64,000 nt of DNA, taken from the NCBI RefSeq assembly GCF_006345805.1, contig NC_042998.1, positions 45,074,001-45,138,000 of the forward strand, given 5' to 3'. This DNA comes from Octopus sinensis. Lineage: Eukaryota. Position numbers and translations under genes: made by a program. The notes under the pieces are model-generated. The model saw only the letters and a program-made list of their open reading frames with translations, had not been told where the DNA came from and did not search any database. Positions within the stretch are counted from its first letter, which is position 1. The number at the start of each line of letters is the position of its first letter. Shown here piece by piece: positions 11,043 through 24,215 of this stretch.

Positions 11043-13889
11043 GTAAGTATTGGTCTTTTGCTCTTTTATTGTGGCCATGCTGTAGCACCACTTTCAGCAG
11101 TTTTGGTCAAAATATATAATATGTCAGTACTTGTCCTGACATTCATTAATGTAGTGACCTCTATTGATCAAATGGCTGAGTTAACCTATTTTTAGAGAGT
11201 TACTTCCCTTAGTGACGCATATACTTTTCAGTTATTTGCACTAATTTACACAACTGTACACAAACAAAGACCCTTGATTCCCACTATCATCCATCCACTC
11301 ACACATACATACATACATCATACCCTTCCCCTCATTCGCTTTTTTGTCTCACACACTTGCTACTTTCATTCTCTCACTCAAGTTCATCTGCCATGGCCCT
11401 TCTTCTGTTTATCTATTTTGTCATGCTATGTTGTACAAATGGATACAATGTAAAGAATTGAGGACTATTTAGTCTTGTGGTATTTAAGACAACTGCAGTA
11501 GTACTGGCACCACAATAGAATACACTCAGTACACTCTGGAAGGTGGTTGACAAACAAGCAGAGACAACATAAAGATCAAGAAAACTCTTTAGTCTTGCCA
11601 AGGACATGAAAACCTCTCTAGTGTTGGTGCCAAGATGAATTGTGCTATGTACACTTTGTAAAGTGGTTGGTGTTAGGAAGGGCATCTGGCCATGGGTACC
11701 ACTCCAACAATGAAACATACAACTAGGATCCATCTAGGAAGGCATAACTCTGAATGAGGACTGTGTCATATCATGATAACCCATCCAACCCATGCCAGCA
11801 TGAAAAATGGATATAAAAGGAGGTGGATGGGGGAGAGAGGAGGAGGAGGGTGTGGGAGGGGGGAGGGGATGTTATGGGGAAGTGGGATGGGGGGGAGGAG
11901 GGGGAGGGGAGGGGGGAGGAGAACAATGACGACAATGATGATGATGATCATCATCATGGTGGGATCCTTCACAGTCACTATCAACCAAATTTTGCTCACA
12001 AGGTGTCGATCAACCCAAGATTATAGTAGAAGACCCTTCGTCAAAGTGCTGTACTTTACTGTGGATTTCAACCCGGAACACTATGGTTATAATGCAAACT
12101 TCGAATCACATTGCTGTGCCTGCGTCTAAGTATCTGGTCAGCTAATTAGTTTTAATTTCCTTTCCCACAAAACATCTAATTAGTACTTGATTAATTCAGC
12201 TGTTAGTACTTAAATATGTATATGTCACATTAACTGGCTCCCAGCTTGCAGATTGTTATTGCTGATAAATGTTAGCAGCAATATAAATATTGATTTTTTT
12301 TTCACGTTGCTACAAGACCTCAAATTTGAAGGAAACAAGTTTGGTTGACCTTAGCACATGCTTAGCATATGCTCAACGCTTACTTTATCAACTCAGGAGA
12401 AGAGAGCAATGCCAAAGACAACCAATGCAAGATTTGAACTCATGACTTAGAGCAAAATTACTAATTATTTTTGATAGTCTACTGTTTCTGCCTTCAGTTA
12501 TCTAAATATCGATTTTTGTTGTAGTAATAGATTGTTTTATTTATAGATAAGAGCATCAAACTGGTCTGGCATATTAACCATTTAGAAAATAGTTGCAACA
12601 GTAATTGCTTCAGTTGGCATAACTTTGTTCTGGATAGCCAACTACCGCTAAAATATCTGTGAAACAGCCTCTACACAGTCGTCCAACTTCCTAGAAATAG
12701 CAGCCAAATACCCCTTCAATTCACACCCAACAGTCTTAATAGGGGAGACACTGGGTGCTGGATGCAGTCCTTGTAAAATACAATGGCTGGTCTTGATTTG
12801 GCTTGAATGTTTTTGATCATAAGTCTGCATAGTTTAGTTAATCATTGATTGACCATGGGTCAAACAACAACAACTATAACATCTTGAAAAGTTGAAACTG
12901 TGGCATGCAAACTGTGTTGATCCAATTACTGATATAAACACCACCGGAGTAATTGTTCATTAATTAAACAAACTACATAATAAGCATCAGCTAATTACTC
13001 CACACTTAATCCTATAGAATTAATCATTACGTAACAGATGTTTTCCTTCTGCTCAATGTGTGATTTCTGTCCATACTGAGCTTGCCTTAGGACATCTGCA
13101 TCACCATTTGATGGATGTACCTACCAAGGCAAATTCCCCAACCAACACTGTTCTTGACTAAAGGTCATGTGTTGGACCCTGAACCAGACTGAAATATGAT
13201 ACATTTAGAGCAAGTTATTAAGCTGTTTACTATTCTCAAATATCCAGTTACTATTAAGTTTTTGTAGTTCTGTTGAAACAGATCTAATTCAAGCAACTCA
13301 GTAGACAACAACGTCTGTTTAGAAAGCATGTCAAAGTACTTAACAAAATCATTAGTAAAGTTACCAGAAAATTCTAGTCAGTCTACTGAATGGATAAATT
13401 TTTATCAATATCGTTTTTCTCATCATGATTGGTTAAAGTGTGAAGGTGCATGTCTCAGTGGTTAGAGCGTTGAGCTTACAATCATGAGGTTGTGAGTTCA
13501 AATCCTGGACCAGGCTGTGTGTTGTATTCTTGAGCAAGACACTCTATTTCACGTTGCTCCAGTTCACTCAGCTGTAGAAATGAGTTGGAAGCCCAATCTT
13601 CTGAATTCTTTTACAGGGCTTAGAGAAACTGAAGGACCGCTGCAATAAGTGCTTGAATCTGAGAGGGGAATATGTTGAATAAAATCATAATTGATTGATC
13701 CTTCTTTTTTTTCCTCTTTTACCAAAAACCAGGATCTTTTCAACACACCCTCATACCATCTACATCAGGGATTTTAGATAGATAGCTTCTACTGAGACTT
13801 ATTGAGTTTACATGTCCACTATTTGTTTCATCCCTTTTTTTGAGGTGGAGGCATGTCTGTTTTTTATAGCTACTTGTTTGCTGATTGCT

Positions 13890-14200
13890 CTTGCTTGATG
13901 GGACTGGGGTCATCTCAGGTTAGTGGTCCCAGAGATATCATGCATAAAGCTGACCAGGTCCACCAGTACTCTCCATTGCTAGCGGTCCCATGCCAGTCCC
14001 TCTATATCCTTCAAGGTGACATTGAGCCTCTGGAAATCTTCCCCAATCAGGCTAGCTATTTGAAGTGGAGCCAACCACAAGGCCTCTTCCAGCCTGCAGC
14101 AACTACATCAAACAAGAGTAAAGCCCTTGTAGAATGATCTAATGGCAGATGAAGGACATGTCCATACCAGCACATGTAACAGATAGCTATGCAGGGGAAG
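13890..14200 (-). mobile_element. Decayed RTE-type LINE 3' fragment
   Basis: Minus-strand translation gives GWKRP.G and GEDFQRLNVTLKDIEGLAWDR*QWRVL with frameshifts. Confidence 0.55.
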
Positions 14201-14904
14201 GCTACAGGTTGGTGATTACACATACACTGTTCTTTGTTGGATTTATTAAACCTTCAGTACTAGACAGGTTTTCTCCCACAAGCATTAATATGAATTCAAA
14301 ATATAAGTTTGCTAAAAGTAACACAGCACTTAAGATACCAATTAAACCATTAAATCTTTAGCCGCTGGATAACGAGCTAATGAGTTGTGTCCATTTGTAA
14401 ATTACATTATTCTGCTTTTTCCTAGATTATAAAGAGCCTATGTTGATATTTTATCCAAATAATTCTTCTAAGCTCAAATTTTGCCTGGACTAATTTTAAT
14501 TTCATCATCCTGGGGTTAATAAAATAAGTACTTGCAATATATTAGAGTCGAGTTTGTAAACAAATCACTCTTACTTTCAAGGAAGAGTATTGCATCAAAG
14601 AAAGAAATCCTTATTGTATTTATAACACTAATCCTAGCTAGAGGAAAAAAACCTTTTCTATAAAAAAAGATCTATCGTAAACAACCCTGAAATACACCAA
14701 CAGAAAAGGTCAAAATTCTCAAAATTCTCTTTGCCATACAAACATGGTAAAAATAAGTGTGAAAAGAAATGTTATGTTGTGGTGACATGTGAAATGCTAA
14801 AACATGCAAAGATCATAGCAAACAGGAGTTATTTTATGAATGAACGCAATTAGAATAATTAAATGGAAACTTTTAATAAATATCATTTCAATGTCTTCTT
14901 TGAA

Positions 14905-15350
14905 ACCTATTTTCCCTCTCTCTCTCTTTCTCTCTCTCTTAATCTATCTATCGCTCCCTCTCTCTCTCTTCCTCCTCTTATCTCTCTCCCTCCTTTTATC
15001 TCTCCCTCCTCTTATCTCTCTCTCCTCTCTCCCTCCTCTCTCTCTCTCTCCTCTCTCCTCTCTCTCCCTCCTCATATCTCTCTCTCCCTCCTCATATCTC
15101 TCTCTCCTCTCTCCTTTCTCCTCTCTCTCCCTCTCCTTATCTCTCTCCTCTTTCCCTCCTCTTATCTCCCTCTCCCCTCTCCCCCTCTCTCACTTCTTTT
15201 CTCTCTTCCTTTCTTTTCCTTTTTTCCTCTCTCCGTTCTCTCAGTTCCTATATCTTCTCTCTTCCCCTGTCTCTTTTTCTTTTTCTATTCCTATCTTGTC
15301 CCTCCTTCTTTTTCTCCCTCCCCCCTCTCTCTCTATCTCTATCTCTGATA
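14905..15350. repeat. Polypyrimidine (CT/CCT) low-complexity tract
   Basis: About 450 nt made almost entirely of C and T. Confidence 0.95.
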
Positions 15351-15564
15351 GTCTTCTTTGAACCAATGGATATTTATATATTTTTAAACCATTTTATATT
15401 CATCACGTTATACAAATGTCCATGGAATGGTTCACTTTATGTAGATTCCAATGACTAATTGCTTTACATTTAATCATGAAACAGAAATAGTTGGCTATTG
15501 CTAAGTACAATGCATTGCCAAATAGAAAGACAAATTCTTTTATTATCAGCTAATCAGAAAAGGA

Positions 15565-17083
15565 CAAGTGGTGCCCCCTAACCATCGCAGGCCTTCACAG
15601 GTTTCTGGTATGTGACAAAAATGTCACCCTTTCCTTCAACTGCTCTAGCTTGTTCTAATCTTCCTGATGTCTATAGAAGTGCTCCAGAACTAGTATGCCA
15701 CAGCACACTGATGTGCCATGACACGATGTTGGGTGTGCCACAGTGTAACCTGAACAAGTAGTGCCCCTAACCATCGCAGGCCTTCACAGGTTTCTGGTAT
15801 GTGACAAAAATGTCACCCTTTCTTTCAACTGTTCTTGCTTGTTCTAATCTTCCTGATGTCTATAGCAGTGCTCCAGAACTGGTATGCCACAGCACACTGA
15901 TGTGCCATGACACGATGTTGGGTGTGCCACAGTGTAACCTGAACAAGTAGTGCCCCTAACCATCGCAGGCCTTCACAGGTTTCTGGTATGTGACAAAAAT
16001 GTCACCCTTTCCTTCAACTGTTCTTGCTTGTTCTAATCTTCCTTATGTCTATAGCAGTGCTCCAGAATTAGTATGCCACAGCACACTGATGTGCCATGAC
16101 ACGATGTTGGGTGTGCCACAGTGTAACCTGAACAAGTAGTGCCCCTAACCATCGCAAGCCTTCACAGGTTTCTGGTATGTGACAAAAATGTCACCCTTTC
16201 TTTCAACTGTTCTTGCTTGTTCTAATCTTCCTGATGTCTATAGAAGTGCTCCAGAACTGGTATGCCACAGCACACTGATGTGCCATGACACGATGTTGGG
16301 TGTGCCACAGTGTAACCTGAACAAGTAGTGCCCCTAACCATCGCAGGCCTTCACAGGTTTCTGGTATGTGACAAAAATGTCACCCTTTCCTTCAACTGTT
16401 CTTGCTTGTTCTAATCTTCCTGATGTCTATAGAAGTGCTCCAGAACTAGTATGCCACAGCACACTGATGTGCCATGACACGATGTTGGGTGTGCCACAGT
16501 GTAACCTGAACAAGTAGTGCCCCTAACCATCGCAGGCCTTCACAGGTTTCTGGTATGTGACAAAAATGTCACCCTTTCCTTCAACTGTTCTTGCTTGTTC
16601 TAATCTTCCTGATGTCTATAGCAGTGCTCCAGAACTAGTATGCCACAGCACACTGATGTGCCATGACACGATGTTGGGTGTGCCACAGTGTAACCTGAAC
16701 AAGTAGTGCCCCTAACCATCGCAGGCCTTCACAGGTTTCTGGTATGTGACAAAAATATCACCCTTTCCTTCAACTGCTCTAGCTTGTTCTAATCTTCCTG
16801 ATGTCTATAGAAGTGCTCCAGAACTAGTATGCCACAGCACACTGATGTGCCATGACACGATGTTGGGTGTGCCACAGTGTAACCTGAACAAGTAGTGCCC
16901 CTAACCATCGCAGGCCTTCACAGGTTTCTGGTATGTGACAAAAATGTCACCCTTTCCTTCAACTGTTCTTGCTTGTTCTAATCCTCCTGATGTCTATATC
17001 TATAGCAATGCTCCAGAACTGGTATGCTGCAGCACACTGATGTACCATGACACGATGTTGGGTGTGCCACAGTGTAACCTGAA
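15565..17083. repeat. Tandem array, 8 x 189 bp
   Basis: GTGCCCCTAACC recurs at 15571, 15761, 15950, 16139, 16328, 16517, 16706 and 16895. Units are highly similar and the unit frame contains stop codons. Confidence 0.97.
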
Positions 17084-17199
17084 TATAACTTCTTTCCCTA
17101 TACTTTTAGTTATATTTTTTGTTCAGATGTACTACCGAATTTTGAAAAGAATATGAATTTGCAAAGAATATGAATGTACCACAAGTGAAAAGAGGTTGG

Positions 17200-17505
17200 G
17201 AGCACTGGTCCCTTCTCGAGTCATGTCTTGCTCATAAGGGCTGGTTTCCCAGTTTCCTTGGCATATAGGTTCTCCACCTAGACAGGACGCCGGTCCGTCA
17301 CAGGTGAGCTGCAAGATGCAGGAGAAAAGAGTGAGAGAAAGTTGTGGCGAAAGAGTCAGCAGAAGTTCGCCTTTACCTTCTGCCGCAGCTGTGTAGAGCT
17401 TAGGTGTTTCACTCATAAACATACACATTGCCTGGTCTGAGATTCGAACCAGTGATCCCTCGACCGCGAGTCCGCTACTCTAACCACTAGGCCATGTGCC
17501 TCCAC
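17200..17505 (-). mobile_element. tRNA(Arg)-like SINE with V-domain-like core (GATGGACTGGCGTCC...AGAAACCGGGAAACC)
   Basis: Head has A box (TGGCCTAGTGG) and B box (GGTTCGAATC). A related copy lies at 56541-56838 (+). Confidence 0.75.
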
Positions 17506-17518
17506 AACTGGTCTATAG

Positions 17519-18655
17519 TAGTGGTTCTCAACCATTTCTTTTTTTCCTATGGACCCCTTTGATTTCTGTTTCACTTACATGGACTCTCAAAACCATTTGA
17601 TGTTGAAAAAAATCATATCTTTTATCTTTTATCTTTTATTTGTTTTAATCATGAGACTGGCCATGCTGGGGCACTGACTTGAGCAATTGTAGTCAAATTA
17701 ATCGATCCCAGTACTTATTTTCTTGTTAAGCCCGGTACTTTTTCTATCAAACTTTTTCACTGACCCACTAAGTTATGGAGATGTAAACACATCAACACTG
17801 GTTGTCAAGCAGTGGTGGGGGACAATCACAGACACATACAATGGACTTCTTTCAGCTTCCTATATATATTTGTGTGTGTGTTCATACACACATACACACA
17901 CACACAATGGGCTTCTTACCAATCACAGACACATACAATGGACTTCTTTCAGTTTAAAATCCACTCACAAGGCTTTGGTCAGCCTGAGGCTATAGCAGGA
18001 GACACTTCCCCAAGGTGCCACACACTGAGGCCAAACCCAGGGACCATGTTATTGGGAGGCTAACATCTTACCACACAGCCATGCCTGTGCCTATTATATT
18101 TTTATACTCTTTATTCTTTTACTTGTTTCAGTCATGTGACTGTAGACATGCTGGAGCACTACCTTTAGTCAAGCAAATCGACCACAGGACTTATTCTTTG
18201 TAAGCCTAGTACTTATTCTATCGGTCTCTTTTGCCGAACTGCTAAGTTGCGGGAACATAAACACACCAGCATCGGTTGTCAAGCGATGTTGGGGAGACAA
18301 ACGTAGACTCACAAACAGATACACACACATACATATATATATACATATGTACGACGGGCTTCTTTCAGTTGCCGTCTCCCAAATCCACTCACAAGGCTTT
18401 GGTTGGCCCGAGACTATAGTAGAAGACACTTGCCCAAGGTTCCATGCAGTGGAACTGAACCCGGAACCTTGTGGTTCATAAGCAAGCTACTTACCACACA
18501 GCCACTCCTACGCCTGTATAAAATGTATAAAATAAAAATTGTTCAAATATTTTGTGTTATAGTAGAATTATAACCAACTTATTGCACATAAATTTTAACA
18601 ACCAAATCTTATTTGGACCCTCAGGGGCCGTGTGGACACTGGTTGAGAACCACTG
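17519..18655. mobile_element. hAT-type MITE with two nested SINEs
   Basis: Terminal inverted repeats (T/C)AGTGGTTCTCAACC ... GGTTGAGAACCACTG. The 8-bp TSD is degenerate. Confidence 0.6.
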
Positions 18656-18782
18656 ACTCACAGTCACCAATATCGCTGCTTTAATATGGTCACAGGCATA
18701 GAAACTAAAACATACTGATAAAGAACTTTGTTTCAATATTGTATTCTTAATGCTTATAGTAATTTTTGTTTATTATCTCTAG

Positions 18783-18847
18783 GGAGCACAACGAATATGT
18801 TTGTCTTTCAATCCAAACAAACCACAAACTGTGAAAGGAATTCTCAA
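18783..18847 (+). CDS. GARNL3: GARNL3-like exon, GAQRICLSFNPNKPQTVKGIL
   Basis: Acceptor tctctag|, donor |gtgagt, 65 nt, phase 0/2. Confidence 0.92.
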
Positions 18848-19339
18848 GTGAGTATCTTTCTAATTCACTTCTCAGCTTTTAGTGAAATTATTGTCTTTTG
18901 AAATATCACATTTCTTCATACTGATGTCATCTTTGTACAGGCTTATATACTCTAGTGTAAATACTATAGCGTGCCAGTAACTTTGCAGCAACCCAAGTCC
19001 AATTAGGATTTTATATTACTAATGTCCTTGAGAAAAATATCAACTTCACAACTGTCAAAAGATTATCAGCGAAAGATCTTAAAGAAATGTCTACTACAAG
19101 AGATTGTTGTTCTATCCAAGTGAGACCAGCCTCTTCAGTAATTTAGTTCATTCATGAAAAACATTATAATTCTTGTATCACATTAATACAGTTGTTTTCC
19201 AAAACAGTTTTCCTTTCCACATTGTAAAATGTGCTTTTATGTTGAAATATTTCCTTACATAAATAAATAATCATCATGCAGAGTGTAACAGATTTGTAGA
19301 AAAAATAGGTGTGGAAGACACTAACTTAAAGTGCATATA

Positions 19340-19590
19340 TATATATATATATATATAAGTTCAGCAAAAATTTAGATTCAGATGAATATGGTACTTAAGT
19401 TAAAGGCACCAGAATTTGGTATGGTATTATCCATATAAATCAAATGGGATGATTATAATCAAAATAAGCAACAAGGATATCCAAAGGTAGTGTAGTACAA
19501 TCGTTTCATGCTACTTCATTTAATTAACTAATGTAAGTATTACATCAGTTTTAAAATGTAGAGCACTCTTCAGTCACATATGGAATTTTT
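19340..19590 (-). mobile_element. Solo Penelope-like terminal (pLTR-like) segment with a hammerhead-like motif, abutting (TA)n
   Basis: Minus strand reads CTGAAGA-GTGC...GCAT-GAAAC-GATT-GTA, followed by an AT-rich tail ending in (TA)n. Confidence 0.45.
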
Positions 19591-19999
19591 TAAATTAAAT
19601 TGACAATGTTCATTTTTATACTTATTCCATTTGCCAACATTACAAAGAGGGTAGATATATAGACAGAGAGGTGAATTTCATCAGTAAGAACATGGTAGTA
19701 GATCTTTCCTCGTGGGCAAATTTTTATCACTGAGTTCACTTTGTTATTTAGATTTACCAGTGGGGAGGGTTTTTTTTATTAAGTTCAGTGGAGACAAACA
19801 AGAATTTTTTTATTTATAGATAGAGGAAAGGGTAGTTCAAATGTCAGAGCCATATATATATATATATGGAACTAGCAATTGCCAGCTCTGTCTCAGCAAG
19901 AAATTATACATACTACAATAACATGCAACATCCATCAAAAGGAAGAATGTCACTTGAGGTATGCCCTGCCTTTGGCAGATGATAACGCAGATATACTGT

Positions 20000-20490
20000 C
20001 GTATGCCTAGCTATTCCACACCAAAGAGCAGGGCATTTAATCTCTGCTGCCCATATAGACCACATCCTACCCATGTTGGCCATGCAACTTTAAATGTAAT
20101 ACACTGTCAAATTTGGTTACTCCCACATAAAGACTGCAGCTGCTAATGTGTTTATACTCCACTGAATAACAACAGAGCAACTGACTCACACTAAGATTCT
20201 GCACCACCATGTGTGGTACCCAATGTCACCGAATATATTATAGCATAGCCCGCAACTAAAGTGGAACCAGCACATTGCTGACATCTTGTCCAAACATGTG
20301 GACCTAAAAATATAGAAAACAGTTAGTGACGCTTTGATAATATTAATACCTCATGATCTGAGCTGACCAATAGAGGCATGAACGCCTAGAAACCATCTTG
20401 AATTTCTCTCAAAACTCTCACTCTGTCTCCCAGCATCTGATGAGACAGACATGTCCTGTGCACTCATGAAACTATAAGTCATGTGAAGCT
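20000..20490 (+). mobile_element. Decayed Penelope-like 3' segment homologous to 46750-47120
   Basis: Shares CTGCACCA..CCAATG, ACATCTTGTC..CATGTGGACCT and the terminal catCTGA(T/C)GAG..TGTCCT.TGCAC..TAAGT.ATG with the element at 45190-47120. Confidence 0.5.
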
Positions 20491-20996
20491 GAGTCAAACA
20501 AGATGTGTATGTGTGTGCATATATTATTTATATATATATATACATAAAATATATAGCATACATGCTTGGCCACTGGTTGTGAAATTTCTAAAAAAACTCA
20601 CTACCCAATATATATTTTATGTGTATGTTTTTATCAATTTATAAAAGATTAATTTGGTAGTTATTCATTTACTGCCAAATGAAACTGCGCTTGCACGGTG
20701 AATTTGAAAAATTATAATGTATAACGAAGAGACACATATTAATCATCTCTTAATTATATGTTAGTGTTATGGTGCGGTCACTGATGAAAAGTTTGCCTAG
20801 CAAATTATTTTATTTGCTAAAAAAATTTAGAAACCTAGGTCTGACCAGAATAAAATAACAATATAAAAGTTTTTATTTTTCATTCCTTTTGAAGATTGCT
20901 CTTAAATGTGATTTTGGTCGTTTTGACTGCTTCTTCTAGTGCGTAAAAACTGCCTGTTGAAGGCAATTTTCTCATGTGTTTAAATGTATGTATATA

Positions 20997-22919
20997 TCTC
21001 TATATATAAAACTGAAATGCGTTTTTACCGCTTGGCTTGCTTTCAATGCTACTACATCCCAACCGATTCGCTCCAAAATTTACAAGGACGTGTAAAATGA
21101 GGTGACGATGCTCGTGGGCTACCTTAGAAATCCCTATCTTCCTCACTCACACTATTTCTTCCATTCCCCTCTAACTCCCCTTCATTTATAACTCTGACAA
21201 TTCCACTCCCGTTATTTAATGTGTCTGTCTTCCTCAACTCACTCTGGCTATTTCCTCTCTTCCCAGAACATTTTCACTCACTCTATCTCTTAGCTTCCCA
21301 TAACTTTCACTTATGTATCTGTCTGCATTCATAGAGAGAAACAAATATTCCATCGCCATCGCCATCGCCATCGCCATCGCATTCTATTGTCTACCTGTCA
21401 ACGCGCCGATCGACCAAATACAAAGACAAGGTTACCTGCTTTCCAGTCGAATTCAGCGTCAACGCTCATGTATGAGAGAGACTCCAACACACACGCACAC
21501 ACACACACACACATATATACATATATATATATATAATGTGTGCATTATGTGGTCCAATTTTATATTTTATATATTTTCTATATTATATTTTTATTTTTAT
21601 GTTTTTGTTTTTGGTTTTTTACTGTTTCATTTGCCTATTAGTGGTTTTATCTCTAATTTAATTTATACATATATATATATATAATTTGTATATATAATGC
21701 GTGCACACACACACACACACACACACCTATATATATATATATAATGTGTGCATTATGTGGTCGGTCGGTTCAGCTGAAAATATGCACACCTATGTTAAAA
21801 GTGCTGGCAAGTTTGCATGACAACTATTTTTTTCCTCAAATGAAAGGACAAAATTCCTCATCTTATAAAATGTGGCCCCAGTAGACCCGAATGAAATCGG
21901 GTTATACTAACCAAAATGTGAAAAGGGGTCTAAATGGGGCTGGAAGGGGATTAAAATTTAAATGAGCGAGTGTTTAGGAATTCTCTGTTACATCAAGCTA
22001 AAAAATTTGCGCCAGCCTTTTAATCGTCAATGTGTTGCCGTCCATGATGAAGAAGTTTTGAATGCTTGCCATGGTGAGTCTACTGTCGTGAGAAAGAATC
22101 ACTTCAAAACTTGGTGTTTACGAATTTTCTTTTACATCAAGTTCAAAATTTTACGCCAGCCGTTAAACTGTCAATACGTTGCTGTCCGTCGTTAGGAAAT
22201 GCCAGCCATGGTGACTCTACTATCCTCAGATTCTATCCCTTCAAACTTTGGTTTCCAATATTTTATTATTTTTATTCAGCTCGCAAGTTCGTCTGTCCCT
22301 TTTAAATGTTAGCGTTTTGCTGTCTACCTTGAAGCAGACCTTTCCGTTGCCACTGCCTGATATTTATGATTGATCTTTCTAAATATTTTATTTCTCAACT
22401 TACTCAAGATCTTTTGTTGTTTATAAATGGGAGAGAGATAAATAAACATAGAGAGTAAGACAAAGCGAGGGAGAGTCCGAGAGAAAAGAAAAGTAAGAGA
22501 GTGGGAAAGTGAGAGAGAAAAGAGAAAGAAACAAAGAGGGAGAATCATCATCATCATCGTTTAACGTCCGTTTTCCGTGCTAGCATGGGTTGGACAGTTT
22601 GACCGGAGTCTGGGAAGCCAGGAGGCTGCACCAGGCTCCAGTCTGATCTGGCAGTGTTTCTACAGGTGGATGACCTTCCTAACGCCAACCACTCTGTGAG
22701 TGTAGTGGGTGCTTTTTTCGTGCCGCCGGCACATGTGCCAGGGGGGCTTGCAGCAGCAACGATCGGTTGGTGCTTTTTACATGCCACCGGCACAGAAGCC
22801 AGTCAAGGCGGCGCTGCAATCGGCCACATTCGGATGGTGCTTTTTACGTGCTGAAAGGAAGCAACAGAAAGTAACAACCACACTCTTACCCGCACGTAGA
22901 GCAGGTCACCTTCAGCTAG
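20997..22919 (+). mobile_element. Non-autonomous Helitron with a nested RTE 3' tail (about 22545-22850, -)
   Basis: 5' end A|TCTCTATATATAAAACTG. 3' hairpin ACCCGC-ACGTAGA-GCAGGT followed by CTAG|T. Inserted in an AT dinucleotide with no TSD. Confidence 0.7.
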
Positions 22920-23854
22920 TATATATATATATATATATTAGATACCTTTCAGTCAGTATAGGCCTAGGTCATGTCTAACTTAATAGCACCACCTGGTGAA
23001 GTCTTTTAGTCATATGTGGGGTACCATAGCCCACTCTAGCAAACAGTTATTATTGTTGGAGACATATCTGGGTGTAGAAGGTTGGTCCAAGATTTTTTGG
23101 AGCAATTTGCCCAGAGAACTTTTGAATTTTATGGGACCTGTTTCTGTTTTGACATACTTTGGTATAATATTAAAGAGAGCTGGACCAGTTGAGGTAAAAG
23201 TAGTTGTGTCGTAATGTTGTTAAACAAATTTTAGTATAAGAAGATGGACTGATCAGGCTTTATTACAGATCACCACAATTTTTCAACACACCATTATCAG
23301 CTGTTAATTGCTGAATGTTACATAAATTTTATGCAATGTTGTATCAATATGATTCAACAATAGCTGAATACCTGTGCATCCTTGGGTGGCCAGAGTCAAA
23401 GCGAGCTTTGAATGTACACAAACACACACACATATATGAAATATAATCTTTTATTTTTTACACATTACCTTTTCTAGCCCAGGTGGTATAATAATTCAAT
23501 GCTGTTCAAGAGCATGTGTTTACTTCCAAAAGTAATGCAGAAATAATTTACACAGAAAAAAAAGTACCAATTTTCAATCACAGCATTCATAAGAAATACA
23601 ATATCATTAAACATGTGTTATGCACATGTTCTTTTGGGTTATACACGTGGCGTGAAGGGAAAATATTGTTAATGCAAGAGAAAGGAAATCCATATATGTG
23701 GTCTGTAATCTATAAGAATAGAAATATGGCAGATCAATGTCTCATTCAGACTGAAAGATGTTTTGTATTAAGACTGACTGAAATAAGAATAAACAGTAGT
23801 CAGTCTGTCAGTTCCCACTTTGGGTTAATGTCAATCTGAGAGACAAAGAAAGAG

Positions 23855-23887
<33 letters not shown>

Positions 23888-23920
<33 letters not shown>

Positions 23921-24215
23921 GAGGAGGAGAGAGGACGAGGGGAGAGAGAAGGAGGAGGAGGAGGAGGAGAGAGGGGAGAGAGAGGAGGAGGAGAGAAGAG
24001 GAGGAGGAGGAGAGAGAGGAGGAGGAGGAGAGAGAGAGGAGGAGGAGGAGAGAGAGAGGAGGAGGAGGAGAGAGAGAGGAGGAGGAGGAGAGAGAGGAGG
24101 AGGAGGAGGAGGAGGAGGAGGAGAGGAGGAGAGAGAGGAGGAGGAGAGAGAGAGAGAGAGAGAGAAGGAGGAGGAGAGAGAGAGAAGGAGGAGGAGAGAG
24201 AGAGAAGGAGGACGA
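23888..24215. repeat. Polypurine (GA/GGA) tract
   Basis: About 330 nt of G and A following (GT)n. Confidence 0.95.

Noticed and set aside
13440-13520. tRNA genes at tRNA-like heads (also about 17430-17505, 25370-25440, 44800-44860 and 59120-59190)
   Set aside because: A and B boxes are present but the cloverleaf is incomplete, and each head continues into a SINE body.
15565-17083. CRISPR-like array or repeat-protein ORF (189 nt = 63 codons)
   Set aside because: The whole unit repeats with no unique spacers, the context is eukaryotic, and each unit contains in-frame stops.
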